A stretch of DNA of 64,000 nucleotides from Candidatus Kapaibacteriota bacterium (GTDB lineage: Bacteria > Bacteroidota > Ignavibacteria > OLB7): contig JBMDXA010000091.1 in NCBI GenBank assembly GCA_048594725.1, positions 19,970 to 83,969 of the forward strand, written 5' to 3'. The position numbers and the translations under genes were made by a program. Positions 19,320 to 28,544 of this stretch are shown piece by piece. The notes below the pieces were generated by a model, which worked only from the letters and a program-made list of their open reading frames with translations, was not told where the DNA came from and ran no database searches. Within the stretch, counting starts at the first letter, position 1, and each line of letters opens with the position of its first letter.

Positions 19320-20213
19320 TCACTCGGCATTTTCCACCGGCAGATCGATCTCCATCGCCTGTATTCCCTTCTCCCTGTCCCACGCCGAAGGTGTATACAG
19401 CACCCCCTGAAGGCGTTCCACGGGAGCGGATGCATAGGGAGAACGGGCAAGACGAATGATAAGGCTGCCATCGGCCTGCGCCGTTTCCTGCGCTGCCGAA
19501 TGGTCGATCATCCCCTCCTCGCCCGGGAAAAACGCCGCCGATGAGGGGATGGAGAGGGATGGGTCGGACGGGACAAGCCGCAGGATGAACCCCTCTCCGC
19601 TGCGCAATGCGCTGGCGCTCCACCCCTGCAACGGGACCGGAACCCGGCCGCGCGCGATTGTGATAGGGGTGCCCCACTCGCTCTCCCGGCCGGCGGGGGT
19701 GGAGACAGCCGGAAGCCGGAGTGCCAGATCGGCCTTTCCCGGAATGCACACCTCATTGCAGACGAGCCATGAGGCAGAGGCCGCAATCGTGTACGTCTCC
19801 GCCGGTTTCAGCTCCGCCGGGGGGATGATCTCCACCGGGAGGAGAAGCGTGCCGCCATAGCCGTAGCTGACCTCCGGAGCCTCTCCGAGCCGTTCCGGGA
19901 CGGGCCATTCCACCTCTCCCGCACTCCACCCCTCCGGCAGCCGCCACTCGATGGATGTGGGCATCCCGGCATCGCCGGGGTTGCGCCAGTAGGTATGCCA
20001 GCCATCCTCCATCACCAGCCGGAGCGCCACATGAAACGGCTTGCCGGGCTGAACCGAGACGGTCTCGCAGACGAGTTCGGCATCGACATGGGGTGTGGAG
20101 ACCGGTTGCGCCGGCAGCCGGGAGGCGGCCAGAAGCAGCGCCAGACCTGGGAGGAGGCGATGCCATCCTCCTGTGCGAGGGGAGGCGTGGTTGAGGTTCG
20201 GATATCGCGACAT
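19320..20213 (-). CDS. Secreted DsbD N-terminal-domain-like (thiol:disulfide interchange) protein
   Basis: Internal ATG (MSRYPNLNH...GWHRLLPGLALLLAASRLPAQP signal) of track ORF 19320..20450. A conserved Cys pair (CNEVCIP) sits in an Ig-like beta region, as in nDsbD/DsbC-family domains. The family call is tentative. Confidence 0.6.
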   Translation of the reverse strand: MSRYPNLNHASPRTGGWHRLLPGLALLLAASRLPAQPVSTPHVDAELVCETVSVQPGKPFHVALRLVMEDGWHTYWRNPGDAGMPTSIEWRLPEGWSAGEVEWPVPERLGEAPEVSYGYGGTLLLPVEIIPPAELKPAETYTIAASASWLVCNEVCIPGKADLALRLPAVSTPAGRESEWGTPITIARGRVPVPLQGWSASALRSGEGFILRLVPSDPSLSIPSSAAFFPGEEGMIDHSAAQETAQADGSLIIRLARSPYASAPVERLQGVLYTPSAWDREKGIQAMEIDLPVENAE

Positions 20214-20660
20214 ATGTTCTCGTTTGTGCCGGTACCGCCGGTTTGGTTCCCGGCCGGGGCGAAAAACCACTCTGTTCCCGTCGATGTCCCTACCGGTAGC
20301 GACGGCTCGCATCTCCCTGCTGACTGCCATCACGGAGCGGCTTTTACCGGAGGAACTTCTCTTGCACCGGACGCAGGGAACGCTCCGGTCTATCGTTGTG
20401 CCCCCTCCTCCCTCTCCGCAATCATACGTTCGCGGCCCGGTAATCATCAATGTTCGGACGCGGAGTTGGAGAAAATAAGTGTCGTAACGCGTATATTATC
20501 TGTTGCAACGGGAATCGTTGCCAGTCGAATGGCGTTGCCTCCGGGATGACGATTCGATTTCCATTCGAAGTGTCTTTGTAGCCGGACTCTACGTATGTTT
20601 AGTATCGAGTCCTTAATCCTGTCAACCTCACACTACTCCCATTCAGCAGGAGAACTGTCC

Positions 20661-21299
20661 ATGAAGAATATGATTGCAAGAGGAGCCGCCATCGGCATGT
20701 TCGCTCTGGCACTGGCATCCTGCGGCGGCGTCGGCGACGCCCCGGAAGCCAAGACCGATTCGGCCGTCACGGTGAAGGAGGCCACTCCTGGGGCCGGCGC
20801 CACGTTCGCGATCGACACCTCGCGCAGCAAGATCGGCTGGAAGGCCGCAAAGGTTTCTCTGGCGCACGACGGCGGGTTCCGGAACTTCAACGGTACCATC
20901 ACCGTGGCCGGAAACCAGGTCAGCAATGTGAAGATCAACATCGATGCAACCAGCATCTGGTCGGATAACGACAATCTGACCGGCCACCTGAAGGGGGACG
21001 ACTTCTTTGCGGTGGACAAGAACCCGGCAGCTACCTTCGAGGCCAGCCAGTTCACGCCGGTGGATACCATACCGGGTGTCACCCATATGGTCACCGGCAA
21101 CCTGACCATGCACGGGCAGACCAACAGCGTCACCTTCCCGGCCACGATTCAGGTTGGAGCGGACATGGTTACCGCCAAGGCCGATTTCATCATCAAGCGG
21201 AAGAGCTGGGGAATCGTCTACACCGGCAAGCCGGATGATCTTATCTCCGAAGACGTCCGCATCATCTTCGACGTGACGGCGGTCAAGCCGGCAGTGTAA
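20661..21299 (+). CDS. YceI-family lipoprotein (polyisoprenoid-binding periplasmic protein)
   Basis: MKNMIARGAAIGMFALALASCGG lipobox, then YceI-like ...KIGWKAAKVSLAHDGGFRNFNGTI...TGHLKGDDFF...TGNLTMHGQTNSVTFPATIQ... Confidence 0.85.
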   Translation: MKNMIARGAAIGMFALALASCGGVGDAPEAKTDSAVTVKEATPGAGATFAIDTSRSKIGWKAAKVSLAHDGGFRNFNGTITVAGNQVSNVKINIDATSIWSDNDNLTGHLKGDDFFAVDKNPAATFEASQFTPVDTIPGVTHMVTGNLTMHGQTNSVTFPATIQVGADMVTAKADFIIKRKSWGIVYTGKPDDLISEDVRIIFDVTAVKPAV

Positions 21300-21471
21300 T
21301 CGGGGAATATACGGACCGATCGGTTTTTCGACAGAGGGGAGGCAACTCCCCTTTTTTATTGGGCGGATAGTGGCGCCATCGCTCTCTTGCGAAACGAACA
21401 TCGCCCCGGCTCCTGTACAGGAACGCGGGGCGATTTCCATTTCGGGTCTGCCGGCTACCGGCGGGAGGTTC

Positions 21472-24400
21472 CTACGCATCCTCCCCATAGGCCACCGCGC
21501 GCGGGCTCGGCGGAAACGGGGCGGGAGTTGTGGCCTCGGCCGGGGCCAGTTCCTTGGAGAGATAGGAGTAGATCGCCGGGATCACGTAGAGGGTCAGTCC
21601 TCCGGAGAAGACCAGCCCGCCGATCACCGCGATACCCATCGAGACGCGGCTCTCGGCGCCGGCTCCAAGCGCAAGGGCGATCGGGAGGGTGCCGAGGATG
21701 GTGGCAAGGCTGGTCATCAGGATCGGGCGGAAACGGGATGCCGAGGCATCGATGATCGCATCGCGCACGTTCAATCCCTCGTTCTTCCGCTGGTTGGCGA
21801 ACTCCACGATCAGAATGCCGTTCTTGGTCACCAGGCCGATCAGCATGATGATGCCGATCTGGCTGAAGATGTTCAGCGTCTGGCTGAAGTACCAGAGCGA
21901 CAGCAGCGTTCCGGCCAGTGCCAGCGGCACCGTCAGCAGGATGATGAACGGATCGCGGAAGCTCTCGAACTGCGCCGCCAGGATCAGGTAGATCAGCGTC
22001 AGCGCGAAGATGAAGGCGAAGATCAGGCTGGAGGAGCTTTCGGCGTAATCGCGCGAGGGTCCGGCCAGATCGGTGGAGAAGGATGCATCGAGCGTCTTGG
22101 AGGCGATACGTTCCATTTCCGCTATTCCCTCTCCCAGCGTGCGCCCCTCCGCCAGGTTGGCCGAGACCGTGGCCGAGACGTAGCGGTTGTAGCGGAAGAG
22201 CTGCGGCGGGCTGCTCTGCTCGCTGATCTCCACAAGGTTGTCCAGCTGGATAAGCTCGCCGCCGCTTGCGCGGGCGGAGATCGCAAGCAGATCGAACGGA
22301 TCATTCCGATCCTCGCGGATCAACTGCCCGATCACCTGATACTGCTTCCCATTTTTCATGAAGTACCCCAGGCGCTGCTCGCTGAAGGCGAGCTGAAGGG
22401 TCTGGGCGATATCGATCACGGAGATGCCCAGGCTGCGCGCCTTTTCCCGCTCGATGTTGATCTGCACCTCGGGCTTGTTGAACTTCAGGTTCAGATCCAC
22501 GAACTGGAACATGGAACTGTTCTGCGCCTCGTCCATGAAGCCCGGCAGCACCTTCTTCAGATCGTCCAGCGTGGCCGCCTGAATCACGAACTGCACCGGC
22601 ATACCGGCGCGGCGGTCGCCGATGGTGGGCTCCTGCGAGCCGAAGGCGCGCGCGCCGGTGAGCTTCCGCACCAGGCCGTTCACCGACTCGTAGATCTGCT
22701 GCTGCGAGCGTTCCCGCTCCGTCTTCTGCTTCAGGATCAGGGTGATATTGCCGGTATTGGCCGATCCGGAACCGGGGGCGGTCATCGCGATCACCGCTTC
22801 CTTTTCCGGAATGGAATCGTTGATGAGCTGCGCCAGCTCGGTCATGTAGGTCTGCATGAACTCGAAGGTGGCCCCCTCCTGCGCGGTTGCCGAGATGCGG
22901 AGGCGCCCGCGATCCTCCAGCGGAGCAAGCTCCGAGGGGATGGTGGAGCCGATCAGGTAGATCAGCCCTGCGGAGGCCACCATGATGACCGGCGCCAGCC
23001 AGCGCGCTTTCATGAAGGTGGTCAGGCTGTTGCGGTACCCCTCGGTAAAGCGATGGAAGAAGGGTTCGGTCTTCTCGTAGAACCAGCTATGCCCCTCCCT
23101 GCGAAGCATCCGGGTGGAGAGCATCGGCGTAAGGGTAAGCGCCACGAACGCCGAGATAAGCACCGAGCCGGCGATCACCACGCCGAACTCGCGGAAGAGC
23201 CGTCCGGTGAAGCCTTCCAGGAAGATCACCGGCAGGAACACCGCCGCCAGGGCAACGGTGGTGGAGACCACGGCGAAGACGATCTCCTTGGAACCGGCCA
23301 GGCCGGCCTCCATCGGCGTCATCCCCTCCTCGATCTTCGTATAGATGTTTTCCAGCACCACGATGGCATCGTCCACCACCAGGCCGATCGCCAGCACGAT
23401 ACCGAGCAGCGTCAGCACGTTGATGGAGAAGTCGGCGACGTACATGATGAAGAAGGTGCCGATCAGCGATACGGGGATCGCCAGGATCGGGATCAGCGTG
23501 GAGCGCCAGTCGCGCAGGAAGAGGAAGATGATAAGCACCACCAGGCCGAACGCGATGATGATGGTCTCCACCACCTCGTGGATCGAGGCGCGGATATACT
23601 CGGTGGTATCGAACCCGAGCCCCACCTTGATATCCTCCGGCAGATCCTTCTTGATCTCCTCCAGGCGCTTGTAGACCTCGTCGGCGATGGCGACGTTGTT
23701 GGCGCCGGGCTGCGGCAGGATGGCGATGCCCACCATCGGCACACCGTCGCGGCGGAGCGCGCTGCGGGTGTTCTCCGGTTCCAGCTTCGCGTAGCCCACA
23801 TCCTCCAGGCGCACGATCCGCCCATCCACCGTCTTGATGATCATCTTGTTGAAGTCATCCGGCGTCTCCAGACGTCCCAGCGTGCGCACGGTCAGCTCCG
23901 TGGAGTTTCCCTCCACCTTGCCGGAGGGGAGCTCCACATTCTCCTTCTGGAGGGCATTCCGGATATCGGAGGGGGTGAGCGTATAGGCCGCCAGCTTGGC
24001 CGGGTCCAGCCACAGACGCATCGAATACTTCTTCTCTCCCCAGATATTCACGGCGCTGACGCCGGGGATGTTCTGGATGCGCTCCTTCAGCATGTTGGTG
24101 GCGATCTCGTTCACCTCCAGCGGATCGCGCTTGGCGCTCTCCACGGTGAAGAAGAGGATCGGGTTGGCATCGGCGTCGGCCTTGGAGACCACGGGCGGTT
24201 CGGCATCGGCCGGAAGGTTGCGGAGGGCGCGGGAGACGCGGTCGCGCACGTCGTTGGCGGCAGTCTCCAGATCCACATCCAGCTCGAACTCCACGGTGAT
24301 GTTGCTCCGCTGCTCGCGGCTGGTGGAGGTCATCGTGCGCACGCCGGCGATGCCGTTGATGGATTCCTCCAGCGGCTCGGTGATCTGCGATTCGATGACG

Positions 24401-24570
24401 TCGGCATTGGCGCCGGCATAGGTTGTCGCCACCGTGACGATGGGGGGATCAACCGCCGGGTACTCGCGGATGCCGAGCGAATAAAAGCCGATAGCGCCGA
24501 AGATGATGATGACAATCGACATGACGATCGCCAGCACGGGGCGCTGGATGCTCAGGGATGATAAGCTCAT
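21472..24570 (-). CDS. Efflux RND transporter permease subunit (AcrB/HAE1 family)
   Basis: 1032 aa starting MSLSSLSIQRPVLAIVMSIVIIIFGAIGFYSLGIREYPAVDPPIVTVATTYAGANADVIESQITEPLE..., the canonical AcrB N-terminus with 12 TM and two large periplasmic loops. Confidence 0.95.
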   Translation of the reverse strand: MSLSSLSIQRPVLAIVMSIVIIIFGAIGFYSLGIREYPAVDPPIVTVATTYAGANADVIESQITEPLEESINGIAGVRTMTSTSREQRSNITVEFELDVDLETAANDVRDRVSRALRNLPADAEPPVVSKADADANPILFFTVESAKRDPLEVNEIATNMLKERIQNIPGVSAVNIWGEKKYSMRLWLDPAKLAAYTLTPSDIRNALQKENVELPSGKVEGNSTELTVRTLGRLETPDDFNKMIIKTVDGRIVRLEDVGYAKLEPENTRSALRRDGVPMVGIAILPQPGANNVAIADEVYKRLEEIKKDLPEDIKVGLGFDTTEYIRASIHEVVETIIIAFGLVVLIIFLFLRDWRSTLIPILAIPVSLIGTFFIMYVADFSINVLTLLGIVLAIGLVVDDAIVVLENIYTKIEEGMTPMEAGLAGSKEIVFAVVSTTVALAAVFLPVIFLEGFTGRLFREFGVVIAGSVLISAFVALTLTPMLSTRMLRREGHSWFYEKTEPFFHRFTEGYRNSLTTFMKARWLAPVIMVASAGLIYLIGSTIPSELAPLEDRGRLRISATAQEGATFEFMQTYMTELAQLINDSIPEKEAVIAMTAPGSGSANTGNITLILKQKTERERSQQQIYESVNGLVRKLTGARAFGSQEPTIGDRRAGMPVQFVIQAATLDDLKKVLPGFMDEAQNSSMFQFVDLNLKFNKPEVQINIEREKARSLGISVIDIAQTLQLAFSEQRLGYFMKNGKQYQVIGQLIREDRNDPFDLLAISARASGGELIQLDNLVEISEQSSPPQLFRYNRYVSATVSANLAEGRTLGEGIAEMERIASKTLDASFSTDLAGPSRDYAESSSSLIFAFIFALTLIYLILAAQFESFRDPFIILLTVPLALAGTLLSLWYFSQTLNIFSQIGIIMLIGLVTKNGILIVEFANQRKNEGLNVRDAIIDASASRFRPILMTSLATILGTLPIALALGAGAESRVSMGIAVIGGLVFSGGLTLYVIPAIYSYLSKELAPAEATTPAPFPPSPRAVAYGEDA

Positions 24571-24585
24571 AAGGTCAGGCGATCG

Positions 24586-25668
24586 TTAAAGTTCTTGGAG
24601 TTCGGTGATCTTCAGGGTGCTGCCGGGGCGCACCTGGAGGATGCCGGAGGTTATCACCGTGTCGCCGGGGGTCAGCCCGTCGGTGATCTGGATGCTGCTG
24701 GCGGTGCGGGAACCTATCACCACTTTTCTGGACTCGGCCTTTCCCTCCTTGGAGACGAAGACGCTCGCCCCCTCAAGTTCCGGAATCAGTGCCTGGGTGG
24801 GGACCATCAGGGCGTCGTCGGCGCTCTTGAGCACCAGGCCGATCTGGGCGAACGCTCCGGGGAAGATGGTGCCGCCGGAGTTCTGGCAGAGGGCGCGCAC
24901 CTGGAGTGTGCGGGTGGTCTGGTCGATACGAGGCTCCACCGCATAGACATTACCGGTGTAGTCCTTGTCCGATCCCTGGATCTTGAAGGTGATCTTGTTG
25001 CCGGGGCGGACCAGGCTGTAATACTTCTCCGGCACCGAGAAATCGATCTTCACCGGGTTGATGCTATGCAGGCTGGCGATCTTGGTGGTGGGGGATACAT
25101 AGCTCCCCTCGCTCACATAGCGGAGCCCGATGGTGCCGGCGAACGGGGCACGGATCTCCGTCTTGGCGATCTGCGCCTTGATGAGGTTGATCTCCGAGAC
25201 GGCGGTGTTCAGCTCGTTCAGGGCCACATCGTACTCGGCCTCGCTGATGGCGGCGCGCTCGCGCAGGGCGCGCTGGCGGGTTTCCTTTGCTGCGGCGAGC
25301 TCCTTGCGGTAGACCGCCCGTTCCAGCTGTGCGCGGAGATCGGCGTCGTTGATCTTTATCAGCAGCGCCCCCTTGCTCACGTTGGCCCCTTCCCGGAACA
25401 GGATGCGGGTGATCTTTCCCGGCACCTCGCTCTGAAGGTCCACCTGCTCGTTCGGTGCCACCGTTCCGGTCACCAGAATACGGTCGTCCAGGGTCGATTG
25501 CTGGAGCACATAGGCTTTCACGTTCACCGGGCCGCCACCGCCCCCCCTTCCCCTGGAGGGAGCCGGGGCCGAGCTGGCGGAGGAGGAGAGAAGCTTCGGA
25601 AGGGCCAGCCCGGCAAGAACCGCCAGGGCCACCAGTCCGATCGTGATACGTTTCGCTCGTATAGTCAT
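24586..25668 (-). CDS. Efflux RND transporter periplasmic adaptor subunit (membrane fusion protein, HlyD family)
   Basis: Internal ATG MTIRAKRITIGLVALAVLAGLALP (TM anchor) of track ORF 24586..26097. It has coiled-coil, lipoyl/beta-barrel and MP domains (...VTGTVAPNEQVDLQSEVPGKITRILFREGANVSKGALLIKIND...). It lies 15 nt upstream of the RND permease. Confidence 0.9.
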   Translation of the reverse strand: MTIRAKRITIGLVALAVLAGLALPKLLSSSASSAPAPSRGRGGGGGPVNVKAYVLQQSTLDDRILVTGTVAPNEQVDLQSEVPGKITRILFREGANVSKGALLIKINDADLRAQLERAVYRKELAAAKETRQRALRERAAISEAEYDVALNELNTAVSEINLIKAQIAKTEIRAPFAGTIGLRYVSEGSYVSPTTKIASLHSINPVKIDFSVPEKYYSLVRPGNKITFKIQGSDKDYTGNVYAVEPRIDQTTRTLQVRALCQNSGGTIFPGAFAQIGLVLKSADDALMVPTQALIPELEGASVFVSKEGKAESRKVVIGSRTASSIQITDGLTPGDTVITSGILQVRPGSTLKITELQEL

Positions 25669-26135
25669 ACGCTCACTCTGAGTATGGGGTAGATATGCCT
25701 GAAAATCGATGGAGGGATATCCGGGAACAGGCCGGGGTGATATCCGCTCGGATTGTATCACAGACGCATGTCCGTGTTGATAATTATCGTAGAAAGATCG
25801 TGAACCGGGGATAAAGATCCCCGTTCCCCCTTGGTACCAACTAGTAGCGGCCATATCGGGCGCGGAGGGATGCCGGCCGCGGCGGATGGAAATGCGGGTT
25901 GCGGAACCGGAGATGGTAGCTGATCCATCCCATCGTACCCTGGAATGCCGGTACTGGAATCCGGGGTGATCCGCGGTACGTTCAGGGAGGTCGGGAAGCC
26001 GTATCAGCATTAGTGCCGCCAAAGCCAGTTCGGTTCCATGGCATACCCGTGCCCGCCATACGGCGAATGCCCCGTACCAGGGTGTGGTACGGGGCATTCT
26101 GTGCGGAGCCCGTTCGGGACGGTATGTATGAGCCC

Positions 26136-27737
26136 CTAGCGGGTCACTGCAAAACGGATGGTGCCGGTGCGGCCCCCCTCCTCCACCAGCGCGAAGTAGA
26201 GCCCGGCGGGAAGGGTGGCGGCATCCACGTTCTCTTCATAGGTTCCGGCGCCCCGGTTCCCCAGATCGCGTCTCATCACGGTCTCCCCCAGGGTGTTGGT
26301 GATCCGGAGCGTGGCGTTGCCGCGTCCGGCCAGGGTCATCCGGATCGTGGTATGGTCCCCGGCCGGGTTCGGGGCCGCCGACATGCTCATGCCGGTCTCC
26401 GCCGCCGGTGCTTCCGGCGCCGATGCCGGGACCGAAGCAAAGCTGCCGTTGATGTAGTAATCATCCAGCAGCCTGGTGATAATGTTCTCGAACTGGGACA
26501 TGGCTGCCGCACCATCCGGAACTCTCGTCGCATGGCGGCCGCCGCCCTTGCCGGTGGTTTTGGTAGTGGAGGGAATCGAATCCAGCACCACATACGCCAC
26601 TGTGAAGTAGGCGGTATCGCCGGGGTGCATGGAGAAGGTGGTGCTTCCCAGCAGTGTCCGTTTGTCGCCGATAGCGTTGGAACCATCGGCCTTGGTGCCG
26701 GTGGTCATGAATTCATAGCGTTGTCCGGAGATGGAGGGATCGGTTTCGATGATCCAGTCCGGGAACGCTCCCACCCTCCCCTCGGTCCGGTAGCTCATCC
26801 GATTGTTCATATCGACAAATCCGTTGGCATCGGTCATCGGAGCCTCGATGATCGTCATGCCGAGTGCGCCGAACTGGCTCATGGCAAGATCGTCCCAGAC
26901 GTACGCGGCGCGAAGTTCAGGCCGTTCGGCGTAATACCGGGTGCGGTCATTGTCGGGCATGCCTATCTCGGGATCGCTGACCTGTGCGGCCACGCAATCA
27001 TGGAGCGTATCGGAGGAGGTATTGACGATCTGGTATTGGATGAGCACCACCGGGGCATAGAGGCCATCGGCCCAGCCAAGGGTGTTCTGCTGGATTTCGA
27101 GTCCCAGCGGAAATCCCAGGCGGGTGCTGTCGCGTCGTTCGTAGACATCAAGATCTCTATCGTCGAAGCGGGAAACGATCTGTTCATCGGCGCCGGGGAT
27201 GAACGCGGGGGCGGAATGGAGCCCCTGGGTGTTCCGTTGATGCACGTCCGGTTCAAAGAGCCCCGGCTGCATCGGCGTTGCGCTTGTGCCGCTTGCCAGC
27301 CAGAGAGGCCAGGCGGGCTCGGTGCCGGGCATATGTTCGCCGGTGGAACGGTTGAACTCCTCGGAATTGTACATGGAGGGCCGGGTGCCGAGCGAATCGG
27401 CGTAATACTCGCTGGGAACAGCCCAGCTTGCCCCGGAATTCGGATTGCAGGTGATGAAGGTCAGGGGGCGGAGCGAGCCATCCACCATCTTCCGGGCACC
27501 GAACCAGAGCCCCGCGCCGAAGATATAGGCCTTGCCGCTACCGCGGGGATAGGTGAATCCGCTATTCCCCCTTGCAACATCCAATCCGAACATGCCGTAG
27601 TTGCTGCTGAAGAATTCCACCTTCCCGACCTTGTTCTCCTGGTTCAGGAATTTCCGCCAGACCGGCTGTGCCGTTGTCGTCGCCGTCGCCGCGATCAATG
27701 CCAGTCCCGTGCATGCTGCTGCTAGTTGTGTACGCAT
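26136..27737 (-). CDS. Secreted hypothetical protein with a T9SS C-terminal sorting domain
   Basis: Signal peptide MRTQLAAACTGLALIAATATTTAQP. The C-terminal ~80 aa (...APNPAGDHTTIRMTLAGRGNATLRITNTLGETVMRRDL...GLYFALVEEGGRTGTIRFAVTR) has the T9SS CTD pattern. The central region carries no recognisable catalytic motif. Confidence 0.75.
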   Translation of the reverse strand: MRTQLAAACTGLALIAATATTTAQPVWRKFLNQENKVGKVEFFSSNYGMFGLDVARGNSGFTYPRGSGKAYIFGAGLWFGARKMVDGSLRPLTFITCNPNSGASWAVPSEYYADSLGTRPSMYNSEEFNRSTGEHMPGTEPAWPLWLASGTSATPMQPGLFEPDVHQRNTQGLHSAPAFIPGADEQIVSRFDDRDLDVYERRDSTRLGFPLGLEIQQNTLGWADGLYAPVVLIQYQIVNTSSDTLHDCVAAQVSDPEIGMPDNDRTRYYAERPELRAAYVWDDLAMSQFGALGMTIIEAPMTDANGFVDMNNRMSYRTEGRVGAFPDWIIETDPSISGQRYEFMTTGTKADGSNAIGDKRTLLGSTTFSMHPGDTAYFTVAYVVLDSIPSTTKTTGKGGGRHATRVPDGAAAMSQFENIITRLLDDYYINGSFASVPASAPEAPAAETGMSMSAAPNPAGDHTTIRMTLAGRGNATLRITNTLGETVMRRDLGNRGAGTYEENVDAATLPAGLYFALVEEGGRTGTIRFAVTR

Positions 27738-27881
27738 GATTGAGTTTTCCCGTGTATCGTGATCTTCTGTTGTTGCTGTATTCGAAGGCCTTCTGAGGTA
27801 CCGGTCTCGTACAAGGAACGATCTGCTGTTCGCTTGTTCTCACCGGGCGCGGCATTTTTTCAGTTATTTAACAGGCTGTTT

Positions 27882-28529
27882 TTACGGATTTTTTAATTGC
27901 AGGCGAAACGCCCCGCGATCCACGTTTACGACCGTGTCGGTGGAGGGACTATACCCCTTGAATTCGAACGTCCCCACCATCACTTTTCGCTCCTCGTCGA
28001 TTTTTACCACGCGTACCGAGCCGGCCGAACGCTCCGTTCCGGTGCTGTAGGATTCCGGATATCCGGCATTGATCCGCCTGTCGTAGGAGGCGCCATATTT
28101 CGGCGGTATGGTGGAGTCGAACTGTTTGGGCGCGGAATATTGCGCGTTGAAGACGTAGGTGCCGGTATCCCGTACCGCATCCATGCGAAGGGAGATCACT
28201 TCGTAGTCGCGCGTATTCAGGCCGGCACGGGTTGCCTGGATCGTCAGATAATATCCCTGCGCTGTGCGGCGGTTATGAAAGATGGGGCGGAGAACCTCCG
28301 TGGTGAAAGCCGTTTCGCTTCCGTTCACGATGGCAAAAATCGAATCTCCCGGAGCCTCGATAAATCCGGGAGATGAGACGATCGAATCGATATTGATGAC
28401 TATCTCCCTGCGGGGAGTATCGATGCCGAGCGGATCGCCGCAGGAGCAGAGGGGAAGAATAGTGGCGGCCAGCGCCACTGCTCCGAGCATCGTCCTGCGC
28501 AGCCGGGATGCAATGCTGATGTTCTTCAT
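27882..28529 (-). CDS. Hypothetical lipoprotein
   Basis: MKNISIASRLRRTMLGAVALAATILPLCSCGDP lipobox. 215 aa, beta-rich, no identifiable motif. It is co-directional and tightly spaced (16 nt) behind the anti-sigma gene. Confidence 0.6.
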   Translation of the reverse strand: MKNISIASRLRRTMLGAVALAATILPLCSCGDPLGIDTPRREIVINIDSIVSSPGFIEAPGDSIFAIVNGSETAFTTEVLRPIFHNRRTAQGYYLTIQATRAGLNTRDYEVISLRMDAVRDTGTYVFNAQYSAPKQFDSTIPPKYGASYDRRINAGYPESYSTGTERSAGSVRVVKIDEERKVMVGTFEFKGYSPSTDTVVNVDRGAFRLQLKNP

Positions 28530-28544
28530 GAATATTCCTCGCGA

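Noticed and set aside
21370-24561. 1063-aa plus-strand ORF opposite the RND permease. The same pattern applies to 24595..25692(+), 26013..27725(+), 30921..34652(+), 34970..37207(-), 37220..38407(-), 38464..39252(-), 41514..42833(+), 42845..44056(+), 43914..45197(+), 45799..46587(-), 49381..50643(-), 53965..55221(+), 58561..59619(+), 61224..62402(+) and 63184..63903(-).
   Set aside because: All are antisense to genes with clear family signatures (AcrB, the periplasmic adaptor, prolyl oligopeptidase, GcvT, Hom, MetX, acyl-CoA dehydrogenase, aldehyde dehydrogenase, Prs, ABC ATPase). Their translations are low-complexity R/G/A/H/P-rich.
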